A stretch of DNA of 64,000 nucleotides from Selaginella moellendorffii (lineage: Eukaryota > Plantae > Lycopodiophyta): contig NW_003314417.1 of NCBI RefSeq assembly GCF_000143415.4, positions 19,483 to 83,482 of the forward strand, in the 5' to 3' direction. How positions within the stretch are numbered: the stretch's first letter is position 1; each line of letters starts with the position of its first letter. The notes below the pieces were generated by a model. The model did not search any database. It was not told the origin of the DNA and was given only the letters and a program-made list of their open reading frames with translations. Made by a program: the position numbers and the translations under genes. This document shows positions 61,555 to 64,000 of this stretch, in pieces.

Positions 61555-63250
61555 TGCTCAGCATTTCAATACTTGTGTAAAGGGGTTAGAAGTGTTAGTT
61601 GGCAAAACCATACTTGTAGAGCGACTTTTTATCTCCCATGAATTTCATTCTTGGGATGTCATAGTTAATGAAGGTGGATCCAAAGATAAAATGGAGTATT
61701 AAGCATGTCTTGCTAAAGTATGGTGGCATTAAAGATGTGTGGTTTAGAGAAGGAGTTCTACCTCTAGTTATTATACTCTCCACTATATTATTGAAGCAGG
61801 TTATGGAAAAGCACTTTTGAGTTACTTGCTATTTATTCATGACTTAGGGGACCAAAGCATGTGGGGGGGAGAAGCAGTAGTATATGATGTACTCGTAACC
61901 TATGCNNNNNNNNNNNNNNNNNNNNNNNNNNNNNNNNNNNNNNNNNNNNNNNNNNNNNNNNNNNNNNNNNNNNNNNNNNNNNNNNNNNNNNNNNNNNNNN
62001 NNNNNNNNNNNNNNNNNNNNNNNNNNNNNNNNNNNNNNNNNNNNNNNNNNNNNNNNNNNNNNNNNNNNNNNNNNNNNNNNNNNNNNNNNNNNNNNNNNNN
62101 NNNNNNNNNNNNNNNNNNNNNNNNNNNNNNNNNNNNNNNNNNNNNNNNNNNNNNNNNNNNNNNNNNNNNNNNNNNNNNNNNNNNNNNNNNNNNNNNNNNN
62201 NNNNNNNNNNNNNNNNNNNNNNNNNNNNNNNNNNNNNNNNNNNNNNNNNNNNNNNNNNNNNNNNNNNNNNNNNNNNNNNNNNNNNNNNNNNNNNNNNNNN
62301 NNNNNNNNNNNNNNNNNNNNNNNNNNNNNNNNNNNNNNNNNNNNNNNNNNNNNNNNNNNNNNNNNNNNNNNNNNNNNNNNNNNNNNNNNNNNNNNNNNNN
62401 NNNNNNNNNNNNNNNNNNNNNNNNNNNNNNNNNNNNNNNNNNNNNNNNNNNNNNNNNNNNNNNNNNNNNNNNNNNNNNNNNNNNNNNNNNNNNNNNNNNN
62501 NNNNNNNNNNNNNNNNNNNNNNNNNNNNNNNNNNNNNNNNNNNNNNNNNNNNNNNNNNNNNNNNNNNNNNNNNNNNNNNNNNNNNNNNNNNNNNNNNNNN
62601 NNNNNNNNNNNNNNNNNNNNNNNNNNNNNNNNNNNNNNNNNNNNNNNNNNNNNNNNNNNNNNNNNNNNNNNNNNNNNNNNNNNNNNNNNNNNNNNNNNNN
62701 NNATAATTTGGGGTTTTGAGAACCGTTAGGCATATTTGCATGGTTCTCGGGATGTTACTAAAAGGTGATCATGCTGCGGTTACTTTGTTATTGGAGCGAA
62801 AGAACTTAGTTGGTATTGCTTAGTGGGATTTAAAGTTTTAGATTATGATTTCGAGGTTTGTTCATAACCCAGGAAGTTCTATGGCTACTGCTAACACTAT
62901 TTCTTGCAAGCAGGAGCTAGACTATGCCTCAGGTTGGTTGGCTATGGGTACTCCACCAACTAGCATGGAATGAAACTTAAGCTTAGACCCAAGACAGACA
63001 TAGAACAAGGACACACACACAAGTGGGAGCTAGACTATGCCTCAAGTCAAGCTCCTCTTCCTTCTTTGCTCTTTTATCATGTTTCTAATGAGCCTGTTAT
63101 TCTAGATTTTTTCAATAAGGATTCTGTGCTGTCAAAGGTTGTTATACTTGATGTATAGTGTCCACAAGATGCAGAGTAAGATTTACCTTGACGAGGTTCA
63201 TGAGGCTCAAAGGTTGAGCTATGGATCCAAAGGCTTTGAAATAGGTTTGA
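61555..63250 (+). pseudogene. Continuation of decayed gypsy element H (protease end, then RNase H remnants after the gap)
   Basis: FILGMS*LMKVDPKIKW at ~61642-61700; RNase H-like remnants (LDYDFEV) near 62838. Confidence 0.5.
61906..62702. other. Assembly gap (N run)
   Basis: 797 N bases. Confidence 1.
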
Positions 63251-63329
63251 AAGTTCTACATCACTTGCTGATGACTTGCCATGTTGGCATTTATATTTTT
63301 AATATCACCTTGAGGATGACCTTCCTTAT

Positions 63330-63800
63330 TTTGTGGGGATAGATTTTAATAATCATTTACAATTGATGGTGCCTTTGATCTATTTCCATGCTTTCTCCAT
63401 ACCTACCAAGATTTTCCTATTCTAAGTAGGCATGTGGGACATCATCATATGATTGAGAAGGTATATTATCATTCACATGCAGCATCAACATTTTATCCAT
63501 CACTGTCTTCTTGTTCAAGGCATGGTAGTCAATACATATCTACATTGAACCATCTTTCTTCTTCACAAGCAAGACTGAAGCACCAAACAAAGACTTACTG
63601 AATAAATCTAAACTCAAGTAACTCTTTGACCTGTCGTTGAACTTCTTGCTCCTCTGCATAACTTAACCGAAATGGATGTCGGTAAATTGGCTGCGTCCCT
63701 AGCTCTAACGTAATCCCATGCTCCACACCTTATAATGGAGGCAACCCATGAGGAAGTTTAGATGGAAAAATATTAAAAAATTCGTTGAGTACATCCCATA
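63330..63800 (-). pseudogene. Degenerate gypsy RT N-terminal fragment
   Basis: Minus-strand remnants HGLPPL*GVEHGITLELGTQPIY and [15 protein letters not shown]. Confidence 0.6.
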
Positions 63801-64000
63801 CTACTGCTTCTCCCCCATACGTGCCTTGATCCCCCAAAGTAAAAAACAAACAGTAAGTAACTCAAAAATATTTTTCCATTACAACAAACCCACTTCAAAA
63901 ATGTAGTGAAAAGCATAACAATTGAAAGTTGAACTCCCTCTCCAAACCACACATCTTTAACGCCATTGTATTCTAATGAAACACGCTTATCTATCCTTAA

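Noticed and set aside
48081-61555. TSD-less (Spy-like) insertion between TAA and ATT
   Set aside because: TGCT is duplicated two bases outside the TIR cores, and removing the element plus one copy restores the target reading frame (ATFAQHF).
61817-62741. Four ~300-aa ORFs in the track
   Set aside because: Artefacts of the N gap.

Overview
Eukaryotic repeat-rich DNA from a land plant. The introns are very short (47-57 nt), as in a lycophyte such as Selaginella, though the host is an inference. No ordinary host gene is visible: the window is a pile of nested transposons. (1) There are three copies of a ~13.5-kb TIR DNA transposon with a Sola-like DDE/D transposase: a complete copy at 48082-61554 with TSD TGCT, a right arm at 1-3696, and an inverted, internally deleted left arm at 17955-20311. 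It carries a divergently oriented cargo gene of at least 10 exons encoding >1600 aa, with a ParB/DGQHR-like domain, a degenerate N4/N6-methyltransferase-like domain and an FCP1-like HAD phosphatase domain. More than 25 copies of a 22-bp palindrome (ATGGCRTGWGGCCWCAYGCCAT) are scattered through it. (2) There are three copies of a Ty3/gypsy chromovirus (3697-7938; 8934-16495, complete with TSD CGTTC; 33773-40355) whose integrase is split by two short GT-AG spliceosomal-type introns that every copy retains. (3) The third chromovirus copy is a chimera: its 5' LTR is a 5S-rRNA-derived Cassandra TRIM LTR, yet one TSD (GCACC) flanks the whole insertion. (4) The rest is older, decayed gypsy elements, solo LTRs and an assembly gap (61906-62702).
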